Positions 53,732 to 64,000 of a stretch of DNA of 64,000 nt are shown one piece after another. Position numbers and translations under genes: made by a program. The notes under the pieces were generated by a model that was not told the DNA's origin, did no database searches, and saw only the letters and a program-made list of their open reading frames with translations. This DNA comes from Callorhinchus milii (taxonomy: Eukaryota). How positions within the stretch are numbered: position 1 is the stretch's first letter; each line of letters begins with the position of its first letter. The stretch covers positions 82,276,001-82,340,000 of the forward strand of contig NW_024704743.1 of NCBI RefSeq assembly GCF_018977255.1. The letters are read 5' to 3'.

Positions 53732-54031
53732 GTCTAGACCAATAGTCCACTGCCACGTAGGAGATGCCATCCTTCAGATTAGATGTTAAACCTATCTCAG
53801 GTTTACTTGCTCAGGTTGATGTTTAATAATCCTATGACACTATTTGAAAAAAAGGTAAACTAATTATTCACTCCTGACGGCGCCTGCTATCAACTGTGCC
53901 AGGCTGACACCATGAAGCATAGGTTTTATAGGTCAAATTATCTCCTTCTGTATTGTAATTTCCATAAGTGTATATACAACACTTCCAATCCCACAATAAA
54001 ACAAATCACTGTTCTCAGTTACATTACTTAC

Positions 54032-54142
54032 AGAAAACCAGGTGTAGAAAGAAACGTTCTGCCACCGAAATCCTGAGGGTATTTAAACATCAGGAAGTAG
54101 TACATGTGTCCAACAAAGATGCCAACAAGCTCATCCACTATC
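54032..54142 (-). CDS. DERL1: Derlin-1 exon 7 (111 nt): IVDELVGIFVGHMYYFLMFKYPQDFGGRTFLSTPGF(L)
   Basis: Acceptor ..CCATTGGCAG, donor GTAAGT; TM6 GxxxGH motif and FLSTP. Confidence 0.94.
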
Positions 54143-54821
54143 CTGCCAATGGATTTGAAAAAAAGAGAAATGTTAATAAAAGTGCAAAAAGGCATTTATT
54201 AGGAGCTTTAGTTCCCATCATTTTACGCTGAAAGATAATGTAAGCAGCACAATGGACTGGCACCAGCACACAGTGCCAAAGAGTATGACATGCACAAATG
54301 GCACAATCCCCTATACGACCAATTGCAACATCTATACTACTGCAAGACTAATACTGCTGACTAGGGATCAAACCTGAAACCTCTCTGGTCTGTATGGCTC
54401 TGTTCCACATTCAGTTGTCTCTTTACCAAGAAATGTCATTTTTTTATTTGAAACAGATTTGGGGGAATTTTTTGCTTTGAAGGTAAATTAGTTATTCCAA
54501 TAACACAGCCAATGAAGAATTCATTGGCACCCACCCAGCCTCTTTTTCATTCAATATCTGATCTTAATGGAGGCTGTTCAGTAGCCACCAATGCAAGAAA
54601 TAAAAACCAACAAATACTACAGGATTTAATGTTAAATTAGTTCAGCAGAAATTATATACTTTGTTTCTATGCTTAAAGCTCATACTTATTCAAAAAGCAT
54701 TTTATAATGTTATAACATGGCTATACACCAACAAAAACAAGTTGGTTGCTGCTAAAGACTCAATTGCAAAATATATTTTTCCTCTCTCTTCCCCAACCAA
54801 TTATTGTGCAATTTATTGCAT

Positions 54822-55220
54822 CAGCTGGCTCAGTTGGTAGCATTTTCTCCTCTCGAGCTAGAAGTTTGTGGGTTCAAGCCCTATGTTGGCCCGTGAACTC
54901 ACATAGTTAAAGCTGACACTCCATTGCAGAGCGGAGGGTGTGCTGCATTGTCGGAGGTACCATCATTCAAATAAGATGTTAACCGAGGCTCATCTGCCTG
55001 TTCAGGGGGACGATAAAGATCCTGCAACACTACCACTAAATAAATATTGGTCACTCACTTCATGGCTGTTTGTGGGACATTGCTGCATGCAAATTGATTG
55101 CCAGGTTCACCCATAAAACACAGTCACTGCATTTTACAATATATCCTATGAAGCTCTTTGGGACATCCTCCCGACATGAAAAGCACTATATTAAATGTCA
55201 AGAGCATTATTATTATTATT
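54822..55220 (+). mobile_element. Deu-domain-type tRNA SINE
   Basis: TGGCTCAGTTGGTAGCA head, GCTGACACTCC..GTGCTGCATTGTCGGAGGT..GATGTTAACCGAGG core, L2-like tail. Confidence 0.75.
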
Positions 55221-55504
55221 AATTCTGCTATAGAATACCTGTGTAAATCAATTCTATGGCTGAATTTTGTACAATAATACAATACAACAGCAGCAAGAAT
55301 ACAACACTACTCACAGTTCTAAAGTGAAGGCTCAGCAGTAGGTGTGGCTGATGATTCCCAATTTCATAGTGCGGTACATTATGCTCCATCTATAACCTCA
55401 CCCCATAACCCAGCACCAAGCTGTTCCACACATTTGTATTGTATTCATTCACAATTCTATGAGTTCACATTGCTTAGAGCACATTGAATCTATTGCATAC
55501 TTAC

Positions 55505-55557
55505 GAATTCCTTAGGATATAGTTGAATATTAGCAGAGCCCACGGTAAGTAGCAGGC
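55505..55557 (-). CDS. DERL1: Derlin-1 exon 6 (53 nt): ACYLPWALLIFNYILRN(S)
   Basis: Acceptor TTTTGTTTTCATAG, donor GTAAGT; ACYLPW motif. Confidence 0.93.
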
Positions 55558-55834
55558 CTATGAAAACAAAAATATAACATTCATCTGTGAAAATCTGTGA
55601 ACTTATCTCGATGCCATTTAATAGTTTTTTTTTTACTGATGTATAAAATGATATTGGGTTCTGGTGTTACAATGCACATTAGACCATTGTTAAACACTCA
55701 GGCATTATCCCTCATGAAGTGCACTATACACATACAGCTTGTTATTGTTGAAGTTGCTTTGAAATTTGAAAGCAATTAGTACCTGGTAATGTACCTGGGA
55801 CATTGGATGGACAAAAATAGCAAAATTTGCTTAC

Positions 55835-55930
55835 CTTAAATGTCATCCCAAACCAAAATGTTACAATCTGGTCTTTATTCAGCTGTGCCCACACATATAC
55901 CACTGTCAGAACAAGTGGAACAAACAGAAT
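55835..55930 (-). CDS. DERL1: Derlin-1 exon 5 (96 nt): ILFVPLVLTVVYVWAQLNKDQIVTFWFGMTFK
   Basis: Acceptor TTTTCTCTGCTTGCAG, donor GTAAGC; YVWAQLN..IV.FWFG..FK motif. Confidence 0.94.
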
Positions 55931-57064
55931 CTGCAAGCAGAGAAAAATGATCCCCGGGTTATCACGCAATTGTGGAACAGAAGAAATATTTATAGAAACA
56001 TTCTAGTGTTCATGCCACTTTTTTTTGGTTCATGCTGCTATTTTGAATACTGCACTACTTAACACATTATTTCAATTTAACTTTCAATGAAATAGAGGCT
56101 CGTCACTGTAGCACAAGCCTACAACATCACACAAGCCCAAAAGTTCTGTGTTTCTACCTTGGTTGCCAAGGGGGAAATAATATCAGTCATCTCCATTATT
56201 GATTTAAGATGAACTCAAAAGTCATGCAATGTTACAGCACAGACGCAAACTACTCAGTCCATCAAATCTGCACTGGTGCTTTTCTCCACATGAGCCCCCT
56301 AAACTAATCCCACTCTACTGTTCTCTCCTTTAATATTCCATTTGTAAAGAATTTGCAAAGTCTGCTTCAACAATTTTGTTAGAGGATTTATAGACTTTTT
56401 AAAAATAGAGGGATTAGGGGATATGGGGATAGGGCAGGTAATTAGAGTTAGATCTGAAGATCAGCCATGATGATCTTATGTTCACATTCTCACTACCCTT
56501 GATGTAAAGAATTATTTCTAACCTTCCCTTTAAAATCCCTTTGTGGAATTTCATGTGAAATTTGTGGCCTTTTGTTACTCATTCAATGACTAGTGGAAAT
56601 AATCTATTACTATTTATCCCATCAAAAATATTCGAAGACCTGTCACGTTACCGTCTTATCTTCTCATCTCAGGGAAAAAGACAACTTTTGATTTAAACTG
56701 TGGCCCTATTGCAAATAGCCATTGACACTACCATACACTTTCTGTTATTCCGAATCAGCAATCCTCACCTACCCAATACCAAACAAACTAAATAAAATCA
56801 CTTCTCGTCTGTCACGTAATAACACTAAAAGTTCTATTTTTCTTGCTCTCAAGCTTACATTTAACCAGAGCTTTTACACAATAAATATCAGCATCTAAGC
56901 TCATGAATATTTCAACAAATAAAATGCAGCCTTTTCTCTCACTCTCCTCCCCTCCCCCACACACATCAAAATAACAACTGGGCACGTTTCCTTCCGTTCA
57001 CTTTAAATTTAAACATGAAAAAAAATTTCAGGAAGTACTCTTTCCCCATTCCTTTGATACTCAC

Positions 57065-57091
57065 TGGCATTCCGATGACAAATCCAACTAT
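57065..57091 (-). CDS. DERL1: Derlin-1 exon 4 (27-nt microexon): IVGFVIGMP
   Basis: AG acceptor at 57093-57092 with a U12-like branch TTCCTGAAT and no pyrimidine tract; donor GTGAGT. In frame, and aligns with the 9-aa ITGLAMDMQ segment of human DERL1. Confidence 0.8.
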
Positions 57092-57832
57092 CTGTTGCAG
57101 TATCATTCAGGAAACAAATATTCATTTTGTTTCACGTTATTGGCTATTGTCCCAACAATCTGATGTAAATGGTTCTGAAGTAAAAGATAGGACTGGCTAT
57201 TGGACACAGGTTCACATGCCTGACATGTCCACACACTTTAGTCACATTGACAAGTCATGAGTTACTGCAGACCCAAATGGCTTTGCCAGACATAACTAAT
57301 TCAGGGAGGTTCAGTTACAAGGATTTTTAAGACATTTTATCCAACTCAAAAGGATTAATGGACCCATTGGGATTTGACCCCAGACCCTTTTGTTCCCTAG
57401 TCTCATTGCTCAGCTAACCTGGACTAACTGGGTTATCCTTTTACAGATGTATACTGAAAAAGCTACCTTCATAACATGGGATTAGCCTAAAATAAATCAA
57501 ACATATTCATATATCGTCTGAGGTATATACTCAATGGGAACAATTGAATAAAAGTGGTGTTTGTTTATCACAGGGACGGCTTCTATTAAATACATTATGG
57601 AAAAAAAAGGAAAGAGCACAAGCAAGTTTCATTCCAGGAAGGGTGGTTAAGGCCAAAACCCTGGACTAATTTTTTTTTAAAAAAAGCTTGCTACAGTGAG
57701 GGGTAGATAGTAGAGTAGGTATTCTGGAAGGATTAAATCAAATGGGCCAAAGAGCCTTCTTCATCCAAACTAATCTTATGTTAGATGAAAGTTAGATGAC
57801 TAGGCAACATTCCTTGACAACATAAAGGATAC

Positions 57833-57894
57833 CACCGTGCAAATCCAGTTGAAAAACAACATAAATACGTAATCGGCTGTTCTTCCAAAGAAAT
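57833..57894 (-). CDS. DERL1: Derlin-1 exon 3 (62 nt): (D)FFGRTADYVFMLFFNWICTV
   Basis: Acceptor CTTTTCTTTCAG; donor GTATCCTTT (U12-type). Matches the derlin GR.ADY.FML.FNWIC motif; phase fits exon 2. Confidence 0.92.
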
Positions 57895-58500
57895 CTGAAA
57901 GAAAAGAGAAAGGATTATTTTTCCAGCTGCCTGATCAAATGCTTCAAATCACTCAAGATGTTTGAGACAGCACAGACCCTCCTCAACCAGAGTCAAGTTT
58001 GAACTTAGTCTAAAAAAAGTGGTGAAAACTTTCACTCAGACATCTATTCCAAGAGGAGGTACCATCAATCGAACCACTCAACACATATGATTGGTTAGCT
58101 CAAACCTTTTAAAAATAAATCGTCTTAAACGATAAGTGTTGATAAGTAAACCGACTTTTCAATGTAAAACTTGACTGTGCAAGCGAGTTGAATGCACATG
58201 CACATACGTACAATATATATGGCACAAATTGTAGATATCCTGAATTGAAGATTGCATCGATATCAATGGGTACCTAGTCGTTAGGGCTCTGTTGGAATTG
58301 TCTGACCTGGATTCCACTCAGATTAGAACACAACCTCAAGTAACACTTATCAGACCTGCAGTTTTGAGGTCCCCCTTCAATGTACCTAAATTTCAACAGC
58401 ATGACAGAATCAACTCTTCTCTCTAGGGATTGAGCAGGAGAGTGGCATTTATTTGGGTTGATGTGAAGAAAACACTAGCATTGATGGGTTGAAAGGGTTG

Positions 58501-58695
58501 AAAGGTCTCAAGACCTTTCTCTTCGACCGTGCCTTCAGCTCCCCTCTCGACTCTCTAGCCCCTCCTCGCTACCTCCCTTCCCTCCCCTCACCCTGACCAT
58601 TTCCCCCCTGCTCGGGTCCTGACCCAACTGTACAGCGCCTTGGGACGTCCTCCTGATGTGAAAGGCGCTCTATAAATGGAATCTTGTTGTTGTTG
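58501..58695 (+). mobile_element. Short L2-tail element, copy 3 (DERL1 intron 2)
   Basis: Near-identical reverse complement of copies 1 and 2. Confidence 0.85.
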
Positions 58696-59047
58696 ATCTA
58701 AACCTTGGGGAGCCTAGGAATAAAGTATTATAATGCAGAGTACTTTCAAGTCCAGTGGCTCAACAAAGAGAAGCCTTCTCTCTAAAACATCAGGGAAGAC
58801 ATCTAGTTCTATTCTTGTCCTGAAGCCATGCAAGATTATTTTACATATGAAACTCTACCACCTTTCCGGACAATTTTATGAAAGGCCAAGTTGGCTTTCT
58901 AATCAGAGGGCTTAAATTCCAATCTCCAGGGATTTGGCAATTTCAGCGATGAGGAAATCCCACTAGAAGTTGACATCATCCATACCACCACATGCAATGC
59001 AACCCTCTGAATTTTAGCCCCCTGATGTTCACAAGACAAAAACATAC

Positions 59048-59147
59048 CTCTTTCCAAGTTGGAGGAATAAGAATACAGAAAATAAAGCTGAATCAGGTAA
59101 TGGAATCCCATCGGGTAGAAGAGACATGCTGTTATCGGTCTCCATAT
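59048..59147 (-). CDS. DERL1: Derlin-1 exon 2 (100 nt): IWRPITACLFYPMGFHYLIQLYFLYSYSSNLER
   Basis: Minus strand: TTTGTTCACAG acceptor, GTATGT donor. Contains the derlin WR motif and LYFLY.YS..LE. Confidence 0.92.
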
Positions 59148-61344
59148 CTGTGAACAAACGATAAGGTTGGTTCTTTATTATTTCCATGCATAGCACCAAT
59201 CTAGTGAGGAAACAGACCATGGAACACTTTATGTGTTCTTCAATGCTTTAAATTCGTAGTCTTAAAAAAAACTGCTGAAATATTGCACTTTGTTTTATTA
59301 AATAGAATGATTAAAACGTCTTCTGACCCAAGTCCACCCATGCTGAACCAGATCCTCTGCAAATTGTGGATGAATCCTCATGTGAAACAGATCATCGAAT
59401 GCCAAAATTAGCAGAAAATGTTAGTTTGCTAACCTAAAGCACACAGCTTACATTTGTTAGAAACTGAGGAGCTACCGGTGGGCTTGATGTATTTTCAGTG
59501 GGATGGCCAGTGTCTGAGTTGTAATGTAATGGCTCAGACTTGGGGTCAGGTCATCTGGGAACCCGGCTGCACATCTAGGAAAGGAGCAAGAGGCACAGAG
59601 TTCCCCAAAAGAGGAGAGCCAGAGTAAATAACCCCCAAAATTGAGAGTTTCACCCTTTCAAAATAAAAGAAAAAGAAGTAACATATCAAACTCCAATTTA
59701 ATCAAATATGTCTAATGGGAATTAAATATTTGGGTAAGTACACATACAATAGCCAACCAGCCCTCACAAATCTTCCTTCCTGCACATTTCCCTCAGTTGT
59801 ATTTCTCTAAAAACTGCAGCTAAGGCATAAAACCTTGTTTAAATCCTTCTCATAATGATTAGGTTTGGCGTTCTTCAAAATGCAGCAAAGTCCAGTGTCC
59901 AGATCAGAAAAAAAACAAGCATTTACTAATCATTGGCAACGCTTGAATAATTCTGAAAACCCAGACCCAATTGTATAAAATACAAAAATACTACATTTTA
60001 TACAATTTAGAAAAACTTCACATAACCTTTATCAATGTCTATTTGTTCACACTTTCCTAACCTCTCTTCCAACTGGCACATTTTGTTTAGTATCTTGAAA
60101 TCTGCATGGCTGGGTTTATGAACAGTGGAAACATCAAATCCTGTTCAGACTTTGAAGAATCCCATAGAATCCTGCACATAAACAACACTCCCATGCGGCT
60201 AGTTTTAAAGTACTGCATTCATTTGAATCTTAGGAGCAGATTTGTTTTCATTAAAATAAACCTCCAAAATCAGGGTGCACTTTAGAATTGATGGTGTTAT
60301 AGGAATTGCAACAAAGATCTTTTTCCCCGCTCTAAAATCATTAAATTCAAGCCTTGTGCCATGAACAGCAATCAGCAGTAAGATTTGAGGTTTAAATTCA
60401 CCAGCTTTTTTTAAAAAAAATCACAGAACAGCACCAGCCACACAGAAAATTTAAACAGTTTTCACATTTAAAGACCATTACAACATGCTGGGGCTTGGTG
60501 ATGTTTACTTGGATAAAGAGAAGGCCATTCTCAACACATCTTTTCGGATGTGTGAATGCAACTGGAAACTAACAAACGTGTTCATTTTTAAAAATGAGGC
60601 TGTCTGTGCCTGGTATGGCCTCTCTCTCTCCCCCATCCCTGTATTGTAGACACACTACGCAGAAAATTCCTTAACAATTATAATTCTGCAGTCAACGTGA
60701 CCTTATCTGTTTACCAACGATATCCTTCTTGATAGCTATTATGGCAAGCTGTCCCTCCTCGGTGGAGTATTCTCTCCATCACCTGTGTTGACCATTCCTT
60801 TCCAGTCTAATGCCTACCTCTCTGTATGCCTAGATGACCAAATACTGTACTCAAATGCTGGTCTTTCTAGCTCCATTCACAAACTTTAATTCATCCATAA
60901 CTACAGTACATTTGCACAGATATAGTACAATATTTTGCTTGCATCTCTCAATGCCAAATTCGTAAAACTAGTTGAAGCTTGTCCCTCCTCAGTGGAGTAT
61001 TCTCACCATTGCCTCTTTCGCTCTCATTTTTTTTTACTGAGAATAAAAAAAGTCTAATTATCGTATCAGATTATGTAATAATGGACCAAAAAAAAGCTTC
61101 CTAAATTGACTCGTTATCCTTTAATCCCTAGTACTCAGTACAAAGTCACTTATTCCTGTTGAATCACATTTTCTGCTCAATTGAAATTTTAACAGCACAC
61201 AGGCTATCAGAATGTCATACTTTTAGATACTGTGAGTGGAATTGATAACTAGAAAATAATTCATCATGTCCTTGCGTAAATATTCTTTTAAATAAAAAAA
61301 ATCAGAATTCCTCTAATATAAATGCTACTTATATTTCCATCTGG

Positions 61345-61550
61345 AGACCCTCTGTCTCACCCCCGATCTCGCCTCTTTCAAGGCCAGTCTCAAGGCTTTC
61401 CTCTTTGACCGTATCTTCGGTCATCTTCCCACCTTCATCCACATCGCCCTCCACTCCTCTCGACTCCAACCCCCAGATCGCGTGCAAACACTTCATTGTC
61501 CAACGGCGCCTATGAAAGTCCTCCCAACGTAAAAGGAGCTATAAAAAGGC
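61345..61550 (+). mobile_element. L2 3'-end fragment abutting the minisatellite
   Basis: CTCAAGGCTTTCCTCTTTGACCG...CAAACACTTCATTGTCCAACGGCGCC similar to the tail at 36780-36920. Confidence 0.7.
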
Positions 61551-61887
61551 TGCCCCTCCAGCAGGGCTCAGCATTGCCCCTCCCCAGCAGGGCTCAGCAT
61601 TGCCCCTCCCCAGCAGGGCTCAGCATTGCCCCTCCCCAGCAGGGCTCAGCATTGCCCCTCCCCAGCAGGGCTCAGCATTGCCCCTCCAGCAGGGCTCGGC
61701 ATTGCCCCTCCCCAGCAGGGCTCAGCATTGCCCCTCCCCAGCAGGGCTTGGCATTGCCCCTCCCCAGCAGGGCTTGGCATTGCCCCTCCCCAGCAGGGCT
61801 TGGCATTGCCCCTCCCCAGCAGGGCTTGGCATTGCCCCTCCCCAGCAGGGCTCGGCATTGCCCCTCCCCAGCAGGGCTCAGCATTGC
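61551..61887. repeat. Minisatellite, 13 copies of a 26-bp unit
   Basis: Unit TGCCCCTCCCCAGCAGGGCT(CA/CG/TG)GCAT; two units are 24 bp. Confidence 0.97.
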
Positions 61888-62392
61888 ATTGTTAAAGACG
61901 GGACCACAGTTTAAAGATTTATCAATGAGCCAGACAGGCTGGGGTCCTAATAATCGGTCTCCATGGGTAGGGAGGAGGAAAGAAACAGCTAGGATTCTTA
62001 GTCCAGATCATCTATATACTAATAAAACGACAATGTCTGCATGTGTGCATTTCAAGAAGGATCTCAATAACCGATTGATGTAGAGACATGATTTATACCT
62101 CATTGGAAGGTCTTGCACCTAGGAGTGACATGGGCATGTTTGTTTTCAGATATCTATTATCGTTCGTGAGTTATGACCTAAAATGTATTGCAGTTTTGCG
62201 TTTTACGCTGCAGTCACACCTGGTGGCCACGCTGGCTGACCGTGATGCTGTGGCATCCTGCGTCACAGAGCACACACGTAGCCAAGCAGCGTCAGGACCA
62301 AATAAAGAAAACAGATTAAGCTAAACCGTGGCAACAACAGCAAAATTACATATTTAAAGCGCCTTTCATGTCCAAAGGAAGTCGCAGTGATT

Positions 62393-62703
62393 ATAATAAT
62401 AATAATCCTTGCATTTGATATAGCGCTTTTCACGTCTTGAGACGTCTCAAAGTGTTTCACAGAATATAATGTAAAGTGAATTGACTGTATATTTTGTGGG
62501 TGAAACGCGGCAGCCAATTGCGCACAGCAGTGTCCCACAAACAGTTGTGGATTGAAGCGACCAATTTATTGTTTTTTTTCTTGAGGGATTATTATTGGGC
62601 GTGTAGAGTAAGGAAACTTGCCCAAGGTTTGGCCCTGCTGGGAATCGAACCCAGGTCTCTCACTTGCCAGGTGAGTGCTCTAACCACAGAGCTACAGAAC
62701 TCC
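62393..62703 (-). mobile_element. tRNA-Ala-derived SINE, full length
   Basis: Highly similar to 53204-53509 and 43733-44030. Confidence 0.9.
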
Positions 62704-63487
62704 TAAGGAACCCAGGAGACTCGTGTTACACTTTGGGTTGTCAACCCTACCAATAACATAAATACTCAATACTCAGGGTGACTGAAACCTTGAATCCATT
62801 TGGTTAAAAAGTGATCTTATAGAGATTAAACGATTGGAAAAATATAAGACTTTATATTTTTATATAAGCTGATGTTTAAAGAGTAAATGATTTTACAGTA
62901 TCTTATTCTCAAAGATGCTCAACTGTACATTTAAAGCAGTGTATTTCTACAGTTTAACTCAGTCTATTCCAATAGTATGCATAATACTTACAGTACAACT
63001 TGCAGTAAAGTCAATATCTAATGATATTTTGAAGGCCTCTTTAAGTACAGTTCTGTTTTCATTATATTAAATTATACACCTATATTTATCAATTTAAAGA
63101 TGCTTAAGCGAAAATTAAACCTTTCAAGGATAAGTAAAAATCCTAGACAAAAGAGAGAAGGCCCACAAAATGAAACTGAAGACCAAAGAACAGCGAGGCT
63201 GTACTTAAATGCTGAAAGGACTGCAACAGCGTGCCAAAATGAGTTGCCCACTCAAAGAACAGTGGAGCCAAAATGAGTCCTCCCATAGGATTCCTCCCAG
63301 ATGAGTATAGATAAAGATGAAATATCTGTCTGTGTGCCAATCTACATTCCATATTGGATGCTTTGGTTGCAAGCAAAGCTGCAACAGGTACAGCTAGTTA
63401 GTCTATAAAGTGCACCTGCCGGGAGACTGACAGTTCAGAATACGTGAATGTGGATGTTCTTTGGTTTTAGTCCAGCGGCCCTAAACT

Positions 63488-63810
63488 ATGGCTCAGTTGG
63501 AACCGCTCTCGCCTCAGAGTCAGAAGGTTGTGGGTTCATTCACCACGTTGGGACTTGAACTCATATAATCTAAGATCCAATGCTAGTGCTGGGGGTTTGT
63601 TGCAATGTTGGAGGTGCCGTCCTTTGGATGAGACTTAAAACATAGTGCTTACTCAAGTAGACAGTTTTCTCCTGGTGCCCTGGTCAACAATCCCCAATAA
63701 AATTAGTCATTCACGTTCCGACTGTTTGTGGGACAATGCTGTGGCAGCTTGGCTGCTGTATTTGGCCACAAAATAGTCACTCCGCTTTACAGTAAACCCT
63801 GTGCAGTGCA
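63488..63810 (+). mobile_element. Deu-domain-type tRNA SINE
   Basis: TGGCTCAGTTGG..GAGTCAGAAGGTTGTGGGTTCA head; GGAGGTGCCGTCCTTTGGATGAGAC core. Confidence 0.75.
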
Positions 63811-64000
63811 TCTACTTACATTTGATTGCTTTAGAATTATATTCTAAATTATAAGGCAGTCCTCTTAATTGAGGGTTTCACAGGATGTTGCAAAGCATGA
63901 GCATGGAAATTAAAATCTTAAAAATCATTTCCAGGTCACAAGAATTATAATTCTGTCCAAACACAAAAAACAATAGTACATGCAAGCATAACTTATTCTG

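Noticed and set aside
57645..57652. CCTTAAC U12 branch-like motif on the minus strand
   Set aside because: No AG at the expected distance and no in-frame derlin-like exon follows.
59969..60007. 13-bp inverted repeat
   Set aside because: Short and very AT-rich; plausible by chance.
61496..62083. 195-aa ORF and overlapping ORFs; possible CRISPR-like array
   Set aside because: Produced by the stop-free 26-bp minisatellite; no unique spacers and the context is vertebrate.
62211..62229. CTCF site (TGGCCACCAGGTGTGAC on the minus strand)
   Set aside because: Mismatches in the critical GGC part of the core.
63143..63376. Hydrophobic 77-aa minus-strand ORF as DERL1 exon 1
   Set aside because: No similarity to the DERL1 N-terminus (IP.ITRYWF) and no suitable donor; exon 1 is probably beyond the window.

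Overview
Vertebrate genomic DNA, probably a cartilaginous fish (inferred from the L2/CR1 LINE and Deu-domain/tRNA-Ala SINE content, not proven). It holds two convergent genes. ZHX2 (+ strand) has its whole 888-aa CDS in one exon (28994-31660), with a candidate upstream non-coding exon (19486-19538) and a spliced 3'-UTR exon (~38992-40725). A Derlin-1 gene (- strand) has seven internal/terminal coding exons that I spliced by hand into one open frame (59147 to 52403); its exon 1 is not in the window. The ZHX2-DERL1 convergent arrangement matches the human locus. The rest is intronic/intergenic DNA dense in decayed LINEs, SINEs and a hAT-type MITE. Most notable: the Derlin-1 is unusually divergent but intact and has a U12-type intron; there are several locally templated inverted repeats/hairpins, a three-layer nested transposon, a minisatellite with CpG-decay variants, and tandem uORFs ahead of ZHX2. 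I see no evidence for a wholly new multi-gene system.
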